A stretch of DNA of 63,533 nucleotides, filler included, from Octopus bimaculoides (Eukaryota): assembly GCF_001194135.2 (NCBI RefSeq). It is 7 parts of 7 records of this genome, joined end to end, with 100 filler letters (N's around TTAATTAATTAA, not from the genome) between each part and the next. Parts side by side here need not be neighbours in the genome. Positions count along the whole stretch, not along the records: positions 48,727 to 53,412 come from NC_068998.1; positions 53,513 to 56,338 come from NW_026384528.1; positions 56,439 to 60,159 come from NC_068987.1; positions 60,260 to 63,533 come from NC_069009.1; 3 more parts are not named here. One strand, given 5' to 3'. Position 1 is the first letter of the stretch. Every line of letters starts with the position of its first letter. The notes beneath the pieces are model-generated. The model made no database searches and was not told the DNA's origin. It saw only the letters and a list, made by a program, of their open reading frames with translations. Shown here piece after piece: positions 52,389 through 63,533 of this stretch. A program made the position numbers and the translations under genes.

Positions 52389-52603
52389 TGAGGGGGTCGC
52401 TGAAAAGTTCTTGGCTTTGGGCAAAAGGAAATACAAATGGAATTAATTGATTATGATTTTATAAAACATATTCCCCTTTCAGACTCACTTATTGCAGCAG
52501 TCCTTCAGTTTTTCTAAGCCCTGTAAAAGAACTCGGAAGGTTGGACTTCCAACAAGGCCTTTCATGATACCCTTAAAGTCAGGTTCTTTTCAGCGCCTCC
52601 ATG
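52389..52603. mobile_element. Tc1/mariner-type MITE, copy 2, separated from copy 1 by (TA)n(CA)n
   Basis: Same TIR and homologous interior (ttctaagccctgtaaaagaactc...catgatacccttaaa). Confidence 0.8.
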
Positions 52604-53303
52604 TGAGATGAAGACATTTCCTCAGGGTAACACATAATAGAATCAAACCTGGAACTGTGTTGTAGCAAAGCAAACTTGTTAAGTAGACTGTTATACCTGC
52701 ACCAAAAGTATAGACTCTCTCTCTCCCTCTCTCATTCGCTCTCTGTCCCTCTCTCTCTCTCTCTCACACACACATACATATTAGGCAATGAGCACAAAGA
52801 AAAGGCTACACTGGAGGGCCAGATTTTATAAAACGAAGGGAAAGAGTATTGACGGTTTACACATTAATCCTTCATCAGAAAAAATAAAAGAATGAGAATA
52901 TATGGTGGGAAAAATTAAAAAAATACGAATGGGTGGTTGGAAAATGAAGGTTAGAGGCCTGCTGGGGATGTGGTTCTATGGGAGGGAGCAGAAGGAAAGG
53001 AGGAGGCTGAGTAGAGTGGGCATCAATAGGAGGGTATCCATGTATAGAGGTGTGATAGAGAAATGAGTGTGTGTGTGTGTGTGTGTGTGTGGTATGGGTC
53101 GTGAGTGTGGTTTCTTGGGGCTTGTTTAGATGTATGGTGGTATTGAAGAACAGGAGTGAAGTGGTATGGGATAGTGTGGCAGAATGAGTGTGTAGGTGTA
53201 GTTACATTGCATGTGAGAGGAAATCATAGATGGGAGGAGGATGTGGTAGGTGTGAGTGTGAGGTGAAAGGGAAGATAAGGAGAATGTGTGATATATATGT
53301 ATA

Positions 53304-53346
<43 letters not shown>

Positions 53347-54759
53347 GTATGCATATATATTTGTATATGTATGTATGTATATATATTTGTATATGTATGT
53401 GTATGTATATATNNNNNNNNNNNNNNNNNNNNNNNNNNNNNNNNNNNNNNNNNNNNTTAATTAATTAANNNNNNNNNNNNNNNNNNNNNNNNNNNNNNNN
53501 NNNNNNNNNNNNGCAGTGGGAGTGAATCCGAAGTAAGCTGGTGGTGAAGCGAAGTTGTTAGTCACACAGCCGTGCCTGAAGGCATTACCTGTTAATAAAT
53601 AAAAAAACATTCAAGTAATAAATATTGTAATGGAAATACATTGATATGTCTTGCTACCAACCATATTAGTAAATTACTCTGCACTTGCTAATTCAGTCTT
53701 TCTTCTGATTTTCTTTTCTTATTGTCTCTCATTTTACTATTTACAATTTGTACAACTTTTTCATGGCATCTGTTCTCTTTTTAGTTTCATTAGCTTTTGC
53801 TTTATCTTTCATAAGTACTTCATCACAGAACTTAGTTTCTTAATTTTAATCATTTAATATAAATTATACAATATTTAAGATATTTTAATTCTTAAATCAC
53901 AGTCGTTAATTTCCTTCTGTTTTCAGATTCTTCTCCGCTTAGGTACTTTATCACCCTGTGCACTTCATTGACTTGCATTTTCCAGCAGGTTCTTCACAAA
54001 TTATTTTTAATATAACTTACCTCCTGAATTCTTTCTATTGATACATCTTAGAAATTTTTACTAATAAATATTAATTTCTATTCCATTTAACTGTTTCAAC
54101 TTAAAATACAACATACACATTAACTTCAGTATTTCTTTGAACATAGAAACTTCTCCTAATTAATATTAATTCTTATTTATCTGTCTCCTTCTTTCGCCCT
54201 AAATTATAACACATTACCTTTCACCGTTATTTGATTTAATTAACATTTCCTAATTATTTAATCATTTCTTAAGCTAATTCGGGATATTTTCCTGCCATTG
54301 CTGGAATCTGTTTTCCTTTCACGTTGCTCAGCTTAAACTATTTATTTTATTATCTATATTATTTATTTAATATATTTTTTTTACATTTCTACTTTACCCA
54401 CATCAGTCTTAGTTTTTAAATTTTATTTCCGTTATTCGTCAGCTATCAACTGCAAGTAATATAACTCAGTGGATTTAGGACGTAGGTCAGGTGAAGAAGA
54501 GGAAATGATGTATTTAATGGTTCTGAGTAGATGTAGGAATATGCGATTAGCTTGTTCATTAGAATGTTTCAGAACAACCAGAAATAAAGTATTAATTTCT
54601 TTTAACAGATTAGTTTCAAGAACACAAAATATCCCTGAGATTTAACCAACTCCCAAATGAGATACAACGACGTCGATACCGGCCAAATATGAACGCAATC
54701 TACAGAATGCAGATTGCTGAGTACGCCTTAATGAAATGAATTTCTCGCAAGTATGTTAT

Positions 54760-54832
<73 letters not shown>

Positions 54833-55504
54833 CATATATATATGTATATATATAAGTATAACCATAAACATAAAATTTCGGCCATCTTATCTCCCACCTT
54901 CTCCCTTCCTCTATTCTTTCCTTCTTTCTCTTCACCCCTTTGTAACTTGTCTTTTTCTTTAGTTTACTTGCCTCTTTCCCTCATTTCTTCCCTTCCCCAT
55001 ACACACGTACCATTCCTTCAGGGTTCTGCTTTGTTATAATCATAAATGGCTCTAAGGAAAGTAGCTTAATTTATTTCAGGTCGATCAATTTTTCTCAGCT
55101 GACCAATAGATCAGTTGAGTAAACACATCAGTAACGTAAATATAATGAGTACTAGAAACAACAGTAAGCCAAGTTTGCTCTAATAAAGGAAAAATATATA
55201 ATTATCATTATTCACACCTTAACTTATATAAATAAATAAATAAGTATATATATATAACATATATATAAGTGGGATGGCGTTTACTGAATTTTCTTGAGAA
55301 CAATCTTTTCTTAGTGGTAAGACCATAGGGGGTCTACTTATAGCATATTAGATGTCCACTTAGTATTTATCCCTCTTATATGTATGCAATATAATTTTTC
55401 TGCATCTTCATATTTTTCAGGATGCTAGGCCACTGGTTTTAAATTGATATTAATCAAATTAATATTTAAGTTTTCACCCTTATTATTTTAAATTTTTATA
55501 TATG

Positions 55505-56338
55505 CTAGCAGCTAAACCCGGTTTCACCCGGCCTGTTTGGATGATGTGGCCGTGATCGTTTTCGGTTAGGCATAATCTATAACAGCGTTTCTCAACCTTA
55601 ACATTTCGGGTCCCCTGTTTCGATTGGAGCTTCTAGCTGTATGAAGATTTCATCACCCCACCTGTCAGAAAATGGCTTCAGGAGTTGTGAAGAAAGAATT
55701 TGTACGTAGTCTGTTTCTGAGAGCTATTCCATTGGACGTCTGTATAATCATTAAAACGTTTATTTAATTATGAAGAAATTATACATTAATCCCAATTTTG
55801 GTAAGCAGCTGTATCCATAAAAAGATATATGAAATGGACGTGTGTGTGTGTGTGTGTGTGTGTATGCGTGTGTGTTTGTATGTGAGAGAGAAAGAGGGTG
55901 AGAAAGAGAGATTGAGTGAATGAGTGAAGTTGTGTGTCATTGACTTACGTTGGCTGGCACGGCAAGTACGAAGCGTTTATGGCGGCAGATGACTGGGGTG
56001 ATTTGGAAGATGTGAAGAAATGCCGTCTTTTCATTGGAGCGCCTCTTTGTAGGCAACGTTTCTCGTTTTCCCTTCTGGTGCACAAATGTATAGACTTTGT
56101 GGCCTGTCAACACGGCAGCATCAAACGTAATGTTGACCGTTGGAGAACACTTGCTCTGTGAGATTTAAACCAACCATTTGCAATGATTGACCCTGTGCCT
56201 TATTTATTGGCATTGCAAAGGAGAGTTGAAGCCGCTTAAACTTGTAGATCGTATCGGAGGTAGGGACATTGAAGTTAAAAGAAGATCTTGACCAGCGGCC
56301 AGTCCATTCAAGATGGTTACCTGTGGAACACGGGAGTA
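55505..56338 (-). mobile_element. Helitron 3' portion: decayed Pif1 helicase C-terminus, terminal hairpin and CTAG
   Basis: FKRLQLSFAMPINKAQGQSLQMVGLNLTEQVFSNGQHYV...YICAPEGKTRNVAYKEAL; downstream ccgg-gtgaaa-ccgg hairpin (~55517-55533), then CTAG at 55505-55508. Confidence 0.85.
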
Positions 56339-57020
56339 NNNNNNNNNNNNNNNNNNNNNNNNNNNNNNNNNNNNNNNNNNNNTTAATTAATTAANNNNNN
56401 NNNNNNNNNNNNNNNNNNNNNNNNNNNNNNNNNNNNNNGGTAGAAATGCTACAATCCGGAAACATTGTTGAAATACTTTTGTTACTAGAAAAGCAGGAGT
56501 GGAGGTAGGCTACTCTTCGGTAAATAATTGATTAGAGAATCGGATCAACTTAAAATATCGGAAGATTTCTTCGTATATTCAAGATGTTTCTTCAGCTGCG
56601 AAAAACTCAACCAATAAACAATAAAATAAGCAGCCATTCATCCGCTTAGACGTTATAAAAACCGCCTTACACATACGCACACATACATTCAACCTTTCCT
56701 CCTCAGTAGACACATATATTTACGTGTGTTTTGGCGCACGCACGTTTGTATGTGTAAAATGCATATGAAACAAGCGCTCATCAGTTCATTCATATATATA
56801 TCGCTCATGCAAACATACGTACATACACATATGATATCAACTTTGCAACGCACAACTACTAAGTATTATAGCGATCGATTATCTAATGTTTCTGAGTGTT
56901 AATGTTATCTAACGGTATTTATCATATCCCACTTGTATCTAAACTTGTTAATGACAAACAATGGCAGTATATCGAATCTTAAAAAGTGAAAATGGTTGTT
57001 TGTTAGAAACAGTAAAGCTT

Positions 57021-57345
57021 CCAAATCCACCATCAATGTTTCTAGACTCTCGTAGTCATATCTTCAGAATGAATTAATGTTGGTTTATGTTTCTCTTTTA
57101 TAATAAACTCGGCCAATGTGATTATTATAGACATCATTACTAGTGTTGGAGTTTTGCCCGATAGATGTGTACTGGATCAGTTACGTGTTCGTTTTTTTTT
57201 TAGTGACTAGTGTATGTTGTTGTCTGTGTATCTATTTTAACTTTATACTTTGCTAACAATGTTGCTTCCATTGTTGATCCTCTAGTTGTGTTTAGAATTC
57301 TGTAGGGTACAGATGTATTGTATTGTCCACTAACGTTTTCCCGAA
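57021..57345 (-). mobile_element. Possible Penelope-like 3' remnant: GIY-YIG-like terminus followed by a decayed hammerhead
   Basis: EFIIKEKHKPTL resembles the E..I...KP.LN end of PLE endonucleases; it runs into CTGAAGA-ta(t)gac-tacgaga-gtcta-GAAA-cattgatg. The cleavage triplet is not intact. Confidence 0.45.
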
Positions 57346-57526
57346 ATAACGAAAGACAAAGTCGACCTTGGCGGAATTTGAACTCAGAACGTAGCGGCAG
57401 ACGAAATACCGCTAAGCATTTCGCCCGGCGCGCTAACGTTTCTGCCAGCTCGCTGCCTTTATCGTCTACACAAAAAGACTTTCTAACTCATTAATATTTG
57501 CATAAGTATGTATGTATGCATGCATG

Positions 57527-57560
<34 letters not shown>

Positions 57561-57962
57561 TGTATGCATGTATGTATGTATGTATGTATGTATGTATGTA
57601 TGTATGTATGTGTTTGTGTGTGTTTGTGTATGTGTGTATGTGTGTACCGCTGTTCGGTTGGTTACAATGTTTATAACAAACACAAGCATAGGTAAACGTA
57701 GAAGAAGCGTTGCTATTGATTTCATCTTTGTTTTTAAACAAACCAAATAACTGTAATGTTTGTATTGGATGTAAAACTTATATTATATAAAGTAAGACAA
57801 CACTTAAAACATTTCTTGGTGAAATGTATACGTTGACATCGGATATACATTTTTAACAAAATGTGATGAAGAGTTATAAGGTCCGCGTTTACTATAAGTT
57901 CGAATCAATACGTTGATTCAATTTGTTTGTCAATTAAAGCGGGAAACACGAAGCAGACGTAG

Positions 57963-58016
<54 letters not shown>

Positions 58017-58529
58017 TATTTTTCGAACGGTGTGTGTGTGTGGTTGGAGTCCTGGTTGTAAGAAATGTTTTCAAAGTAAATCTACGTCAGAAAGAAAGGA
58101 TAAAAAGTGAAGATGGGAAACGGTGGGATAGAGAGAGAGGCAGAAAACGAAATAAAGAATGAAATTTAGAGGCTACATAAGTCATAAAGAAAGGAGAGAT
58201 GCACTGGAATATATAGTAAGACAAGAGTACATAAAAAGTAAAATAAAATCTGAAAACGGATTGTGTGGTCAGAGAGAAAAGTAGGATGAAGTGGGAGTAT
58301 GTAAATTGGATATATGTAAACAAAGAGTCTATAAAACGCAACGTTACTTCATACGTAAATGTATATGGATATATAAATATTTTCTTATATACATAGGTTG
58401 ATATTTAATGTAGTCGTTGGTTATGGCCGGCCAGAAAGTTGTCATTGATTTCACATCTCTTATTGCACTTAGAACTATAGGGGACTCATCAGACCTGCCA
58501 CTCTGTGGCACATAACCTCTTAATGGAAG

Positions 58530-58575
<46 letters not shown>

Positions 58576-58719
58576 ATGTGTGCGCGCGCGCGTAAATGAA
58601 AATATGACTGAATTAAGAATTCCGAAGTGGAAATATATTGAGTTGCTATATAAATTCCTGCAAGCCTTCGAACCTCAATATTTCTGAAGTCCAGGCATCA
58701 TCGTCGTCATCATTATCCC

Positions 58720-58912
58720 CACAACCACCACCACCACCACCACCACCACCACCACCACCACCATCNNNNNNNNNNNNNNNNNNNNNNNNNNNNNNNNNNN
58801 NNNNNNNNNNNNNNNNNNNNNNNNNNNNNNNNNNNNNNNNNNNNNNNNNNNNNNNNNNNNNNNNNNNNNNNNNNNNNNNNNNNNNNNNNNNNNNNCATCA
58901 TCGTCCTCATCG

Positions 58913-58944
<32 letters not shown>

Positions 58945-59300
58945 GTCATCATCGTCATCATCGTCCTCCTCCTCATCATCATCATCATCGTCCTCATCAT
59001 CATCTTCATCATCATCATCGTCATCGTCATCGTCGTCGTATTATCGTCGTCGTTGTTCCTCGAGTCTTCCATATTTCGTTCTTTGGTCATTTCTCATTAT
59101 TTTTTTTTTACTCTTTTTTTTTCGTTTTTCTTTCCCGTGTTGAGATATTAGGGGAAAGCAGGACCCAATTATCTGCAGAACATGACAATTTCCAGCAGAA
59201 TACCAATCTATTTTTATAGGTCATTCGCCACTCAATCCAATTTGCCGAAGCTGCTGAAGCTGCTGCTGCTGTTACAGATGATGATGATGGAGATGATGGA

Positions 59301-59353
<53 letters not shown>

Positions 59354-59380
59354 CGACGATGATGATAGCTATGTTGATAC

Positions 59381-59411
<31 letters not shown>

Positions 59412-59548
59412 AATGATGGTGATGATAGTGATGATGATGATGATAATGATGATGATGATGATAATGATGACAGTGATGATAATGATGATGATGATGATGA
59501 TGATAATGATGATGATGATGACGGCGATGATGATAGCTATGTTGATAC

Positions 59549-59593
<45 letters not shown>

Positions 59594-59610
59594 CGATGAT
59601 GATGGTGATA
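58720..59610. repeat. (CAC)n/(CAT)n and (GAT)n degenerate triplet arrays
   Basis: Directly visible; source of the poly-P/H/M ORFs. Confidence 0.9.
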
Positions 59611-60259
59611 ATGATGGCGTTAGAGAGAAAAGAAGGCGGGGCTGCAAAGGCAAATGTAATGGTGCTTCTTTCTCCATTTCCTATATATTCTATCGATATT
59701 AATTGTAAAGTTGCTTACCGCAGTAACTAGTTATTGAAAACTTTGCCTCACATTGGTACTTCATTCTTAGTTTCTTCTTTTGACTGTAACGTTTGCTTCA
59801 GGTATTTGACGCTTAACTCTAGCTTCGCCTGTCTGTCAAACGATGGTTTATTTACGTGCCATATGTGAGACTCTACGAGATCCCCCAATCACGTCCTGCC
59901 CTCTCTCCCTTAAAAAAAATAAAATGCAGTGGTTTTCTCATGTATATATCTTCAAAATACATATACACGTACACAGGCGCAGGAGCGACTGTGTGGTAAG
60001 AAGCTTGCTTCCCAACCACATGGTTCCAGGTTCAGTCCCACTGCGTGGCACCTTGGGCAAGTGTCTTCTAATATAACCTCAGCCCGATCAAAGCCTTGAG
60101 AGTAGATTTGGTAGACGGAAACTGAAAGAAACCTGTCGTATATATATATATATATATATNNNNNNNNNNNNNNNNNNNNNNNNNNNNNNNNNNNNNNNNN
60201 NNNTTAATTAATTAANNNNNNNNNNNNNNNNNNNNNNNNNNNNNNNNNNNNNNNNNNNN

Positions 60260-60710
60260 GTGTGACTACTATCTAGATTTTCATGATGTATTTTTCCTTT
60301 CAATTGCTCTATTTTTATTTCTGATATTTTTTTTGCTTTTAGAATATATCTTCTTATGTTAGCTAGTTTGTTAGGGTTCATTGTTTTATCGAGGTCTTTA
60401 TTTAGATTATTTTTCTTCCATATTTTATATGTATGTGTTGTTGCGTTTTCGTTTTTTGGGTAGAGCACTGCTGTGAAATAGGCGTGTAGGATCGAAATGT
60501 ATTCCTCACGTGTCCATTTATGCCGTGTTGGTTTTGTTTGCGGGACATGAGGAACAACGCCCGGCCCTTTATTTTGACGGTCGTCGTTTTCGTATGGTAC
60601 TTGTTCGTTCATTTCTGCTGTCAGATTGTTTTGCACGTTCAGATCTTCGTCCTTTTTTCGTAATTAGCTTACAGTACGCACTTCTCGGTTGTTATTTTTG
60701 GGTGGAATAA
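60260..60710 (-). mobile_element. R4/Dong-type LINE N-terminal ORF fragment
   Basis: RHKWTREEYISILHAYF...TYKIW...NPNKLANIRRYILKAKKISEI resembles the N-terminus of R4/Dong-group ORFs; runs into the gap. Confidence 0.6.
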
Positions 60711-61024
60711 TACCGGTGGTATTTAATCTGTTTGTAATTTTTTTGTACATGGTGTTTTGGGGTTCGAAGATGGTCTGATTTTGATGTAACACGTGTGTTT
60801 ACGATCGCCGTGCGGGTAGTGGAGGTATCAAGTTAAAATACATCATTATATTTGGAAAGATAGAAATAAATTTCAATGAGTATTACTTGCTCGGATATAA
60901 TCCAACCCTTTGTCAGCTATTTTTGGCTCCATGCGATGTCTTTATTTCCGATGTTTTTGGATAAATTTCGGAGGAGTGATTTATCGTTCTCACATGTTAT
61001 GCATCCCCGGTGTAGTCTCTTATA

Positions 61025-61098
<74 letters not shown>

Positions 61099-61101
61099 CA
61101 T

Positions 61102-61546
61102 TGATTAAGAGAGCAGTGTATGCCATGAAAGTGAAACTGGGGTAAAATATACGGAGCCCAGTATACCAATCATGACTACCCGTCTGATAAGGGTACACCA
61201 GGCACATGCATCACAACCATGAGCACGCGATATGTTGATTTCATATGAAGATAAACAGCGCATGACCTCGCAGGTGGGGCCGAATTAGAATTTTTTTCAG
61301 GTCGAATAGCCCATCCCAATCAAATGGTCCTTAAATAAGGGTTGTTTAAGGATGTTGAAGGAAACATGCATATTTCCAGAGGTGAATTATTCAAAGTCCA
61401 AAGAATTCCTCTCAACGCATGGCTATGATGGTCCCCCACTACTTTTGCTTCTGACAAGCCATGCTCAACTGGTTAAGGTAAAACAACTGACAAACAAATC
61501 TGCGGTATTGAGCAGAATATTTGCTTATTCAGTAGTCTTATTTTAA
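61102..61546. mobile_element. (ATT)n-associated non-autonomous element, copy A (truncated)
   Basis: Starts right after (ATT)n; gagagcagtg.atgccat.aaagt...gactacccgtctgataagggtacaccaggcacatgcatc shared with copy B and, except for a deletion, copy C. Confidence 0.85.
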
Positions 61547-61699
61547 TCACGTGCTTTCACTGCACTACCGGACGCAGATCTGTGCGCCTTGCGCATGTGA
61601 TGTAGTTTGTTTCGCTGCTCTTATTTTCGCTTTATTGAAAGTGATTTTCGTAGGACGTGTGTGGTGCGTAGTAGTGTTGTTACTCTATTTCCAGATCTT

Positions 61700-62009
61700 T
61701 CTCAAAGTTTCTCCTTTGTTTGTATTGATACATCGATTAGAAAGCATTTCTTCACTACGTGGTCCTAGACAACTATATGCGGGGTGTTAGTATTTCTCTG
61801 TGTTTATTGGCATATCCTCAGACTATTGTTGCTTACTCATTTTTGTGTCACTTTCTAGCATGTGTCTAAACCATCTTTTTTCTGTTGTTATTCCATAGTG
61901 ATGGCATAGCTTCCAGTGTATATTGGTCCCAACTCTGTCGTGTCTGTGAATATATTCCTTCTCAGCCAGTACAGGGCAGCTAGAGTTTGATAATTTCTGG
62001 TGGGGAGGC

Positions 62010-62010
<1 letters not shown>
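61700..62010 (-). mobile_element. R4/Dong-type RLE endonuclease fragment
   Basis: SSCPVLAEKEYIHRHDRVGTNIHWKLCHHYGITTEKRW..., then decayed DMPINT; abuts (ATT)n. Confidence 0.75.
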
Positions 62011-62092
<82 letters not shown>

Positions 62093-62100
62093 TTTATTAT

Positions 62101-62654
62101 TGAATGAGAGATCAGTGCATGCCATCAAAGTTACACTGGGGTAAAATACACGAAACCCAACATAACCGTCGTGACTACCCGTCTGATAAGGGTACACCAG
62201 GCACATGCATCAGAACCATATGTGCGCGACATAGTGATCTCATATCAAGATAAACAGCGCATGACTTCGCAGGTGGGGCCCAATTAAAATTTCCTTCAGT
62301 TCTAGTAGACCGTTCTGCTCAAAAGGTCCCTGAATAAGGTTTGTTTAAGGATGTTGAGCAAAACACCCATGTTTCCAAAGGTGAATTATTCAACCCCCAA
62401 GGAATTCCTCTCAACACATGGCTATGATGCTCCCCCGCTACTCCTGCTTGTGATCAGAGATGCACATATCGTCAGCCACCAAGGGACATGCTCAACTTTT
62501 AAGGTCAAACAACTGACAAGCAAAGCTGTGGTATTAAGCAGAATATTTGCTGTTGCCCATCTTTTATACCAAGACAAAACAATATACATGATAACACTTC
62601 CAAACAATTAAGATCAGCAGCCATAAGAGCCACTGCCTGATACTGCATCCGGGC
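62101..62654. mobile_element. (ATT)n-associated non-autonomous element, copy B (~550 bp)
   Basis: Triplet microsatellite on both sides; ends tactgcatccgggc. Confidence 0.85.
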
Positions 62655-62720
62655 TTTATTCTTGTTGTTGTTGTTGTTGTTGTTGTTCTTCTTCTTCTTC
62701 TTCTTCTTCTNNNNNNNNNN

Positions 62721-62788
<68 letters not shown>

Positions 62789-62833
62789 CATTATTATTAT
62801 TATTATTATTATTGTTACTGTTGTTGTTGTTGT

Positions 62834-63324
62834 TGTTGCTATTGCTGTTGTTATGGAGTGAAAGAGTAACTCATGCCATCAAAGTAGCATTGGGGTACAA
62901 GTATATGAAGCCCAATATACCCATCATGACTAAAAGTTTTATATATGTACACCTCGTATATGCATCACAACCATACGTGTGCAACATGTTGAACAGCGCA
63001 TGACCTTGTTGATGTTACCCAGTTAGAATTTTCTTCAGGTTGAGTAGCATATCCCACTCAAAAGGGTCCTGAGTAAGAGTTACTGCAGGGTGTTTAAGGA
63101 AACACCCATGTGTCCGGCGTTTAATTATTCACACCGAAACGAATTCCTTTCAACATATGATAAACTGGTTGAGGTCAAACAACTGACAAGCATGTATGTG
63201 ATATTGGGCAGAATATTTGCTGTATCCCAACTTTTATATCAAGACAAAACAATGTGCATGTTAACACTTCCAATCAGTTAAGATCAAAAGCCATGAGAGC
63301 CACTTCCTGGTACTGCATCAGGGC
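62834..63324. mobile_element. (ATT)n-associated non-autonomous element, copy C (internal deletions)
   Basis: Same termini (..atgccatcaaagt ... tactgcatcagggc) between triplet microsatellites. Confidence 0.85.
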
Positions 63325-63533
63325 ATTTATTCGTATCATCATGATCATCATCATCATGATCATCATAATCATCATGATCATGATTATGACCATCATCAAC
63401 AACATCACCATCATCGTCATTATTATCATTATATAGTTGACATGTATTTGTACAAGACCTCCCGAAACACACGAGCTGGAAATACCCTACAACCGACATA
63501 TTACAACAGATGGACATCCACGCCCGTCATCAA

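Noticed and set aside
58638-59219. Pro/His-rich protein exon
   Set aside because: Translation of (CAC)n/(CAT)n microsatellites across a gap.

Overview
AT-rich, microsatellite-saturated eukaryotic DNA with many N-gaps (roughly 8 kb). Six gaps carry an artificial TTAATTAATTAA linker. The repeat families and microsatellite load suggest a coleoid cephalopod, probably Octopus; this is inference. Two host genes are supported. One exon of an unc-4/Uncx paired-type homeobox gene lies on the minus strand (11160-11343). The 3' half of an SLC20/PiT sodium-phosphate symporter lies on the plus strand (five phase-compatible exons, 33045-46356). The rest is mostly transposon debris: Tx1/L1, RTE, CR1-group and R4/Dong LINE fragments, pogo, mariner and piggyBac-type elements and MITEs, a Helitron 3' end, several tRNA-derived SINE families, and a 62-bp minisatellite with higher-order structure. 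The most interesting unannotated signal is a dispersed set of minimal type-I hammerhead-ribozyme motifs with short, mostly palindromic helix III, from several unrelated sequence families. One has a canonical core (46747-46834), one has a compensated U3-A8 core (30831-30873), and several are decayed; they point to Penelope-like or retrozyme elements. Also notable are RTE reverse transcriptases carrying an internal PHD-type finger, an RTE-like tail with tandem C2H2 fingers, and a cluster of (ATT)n-associated insertions. All calls come from reading the sequence only; no searches or folding were run.
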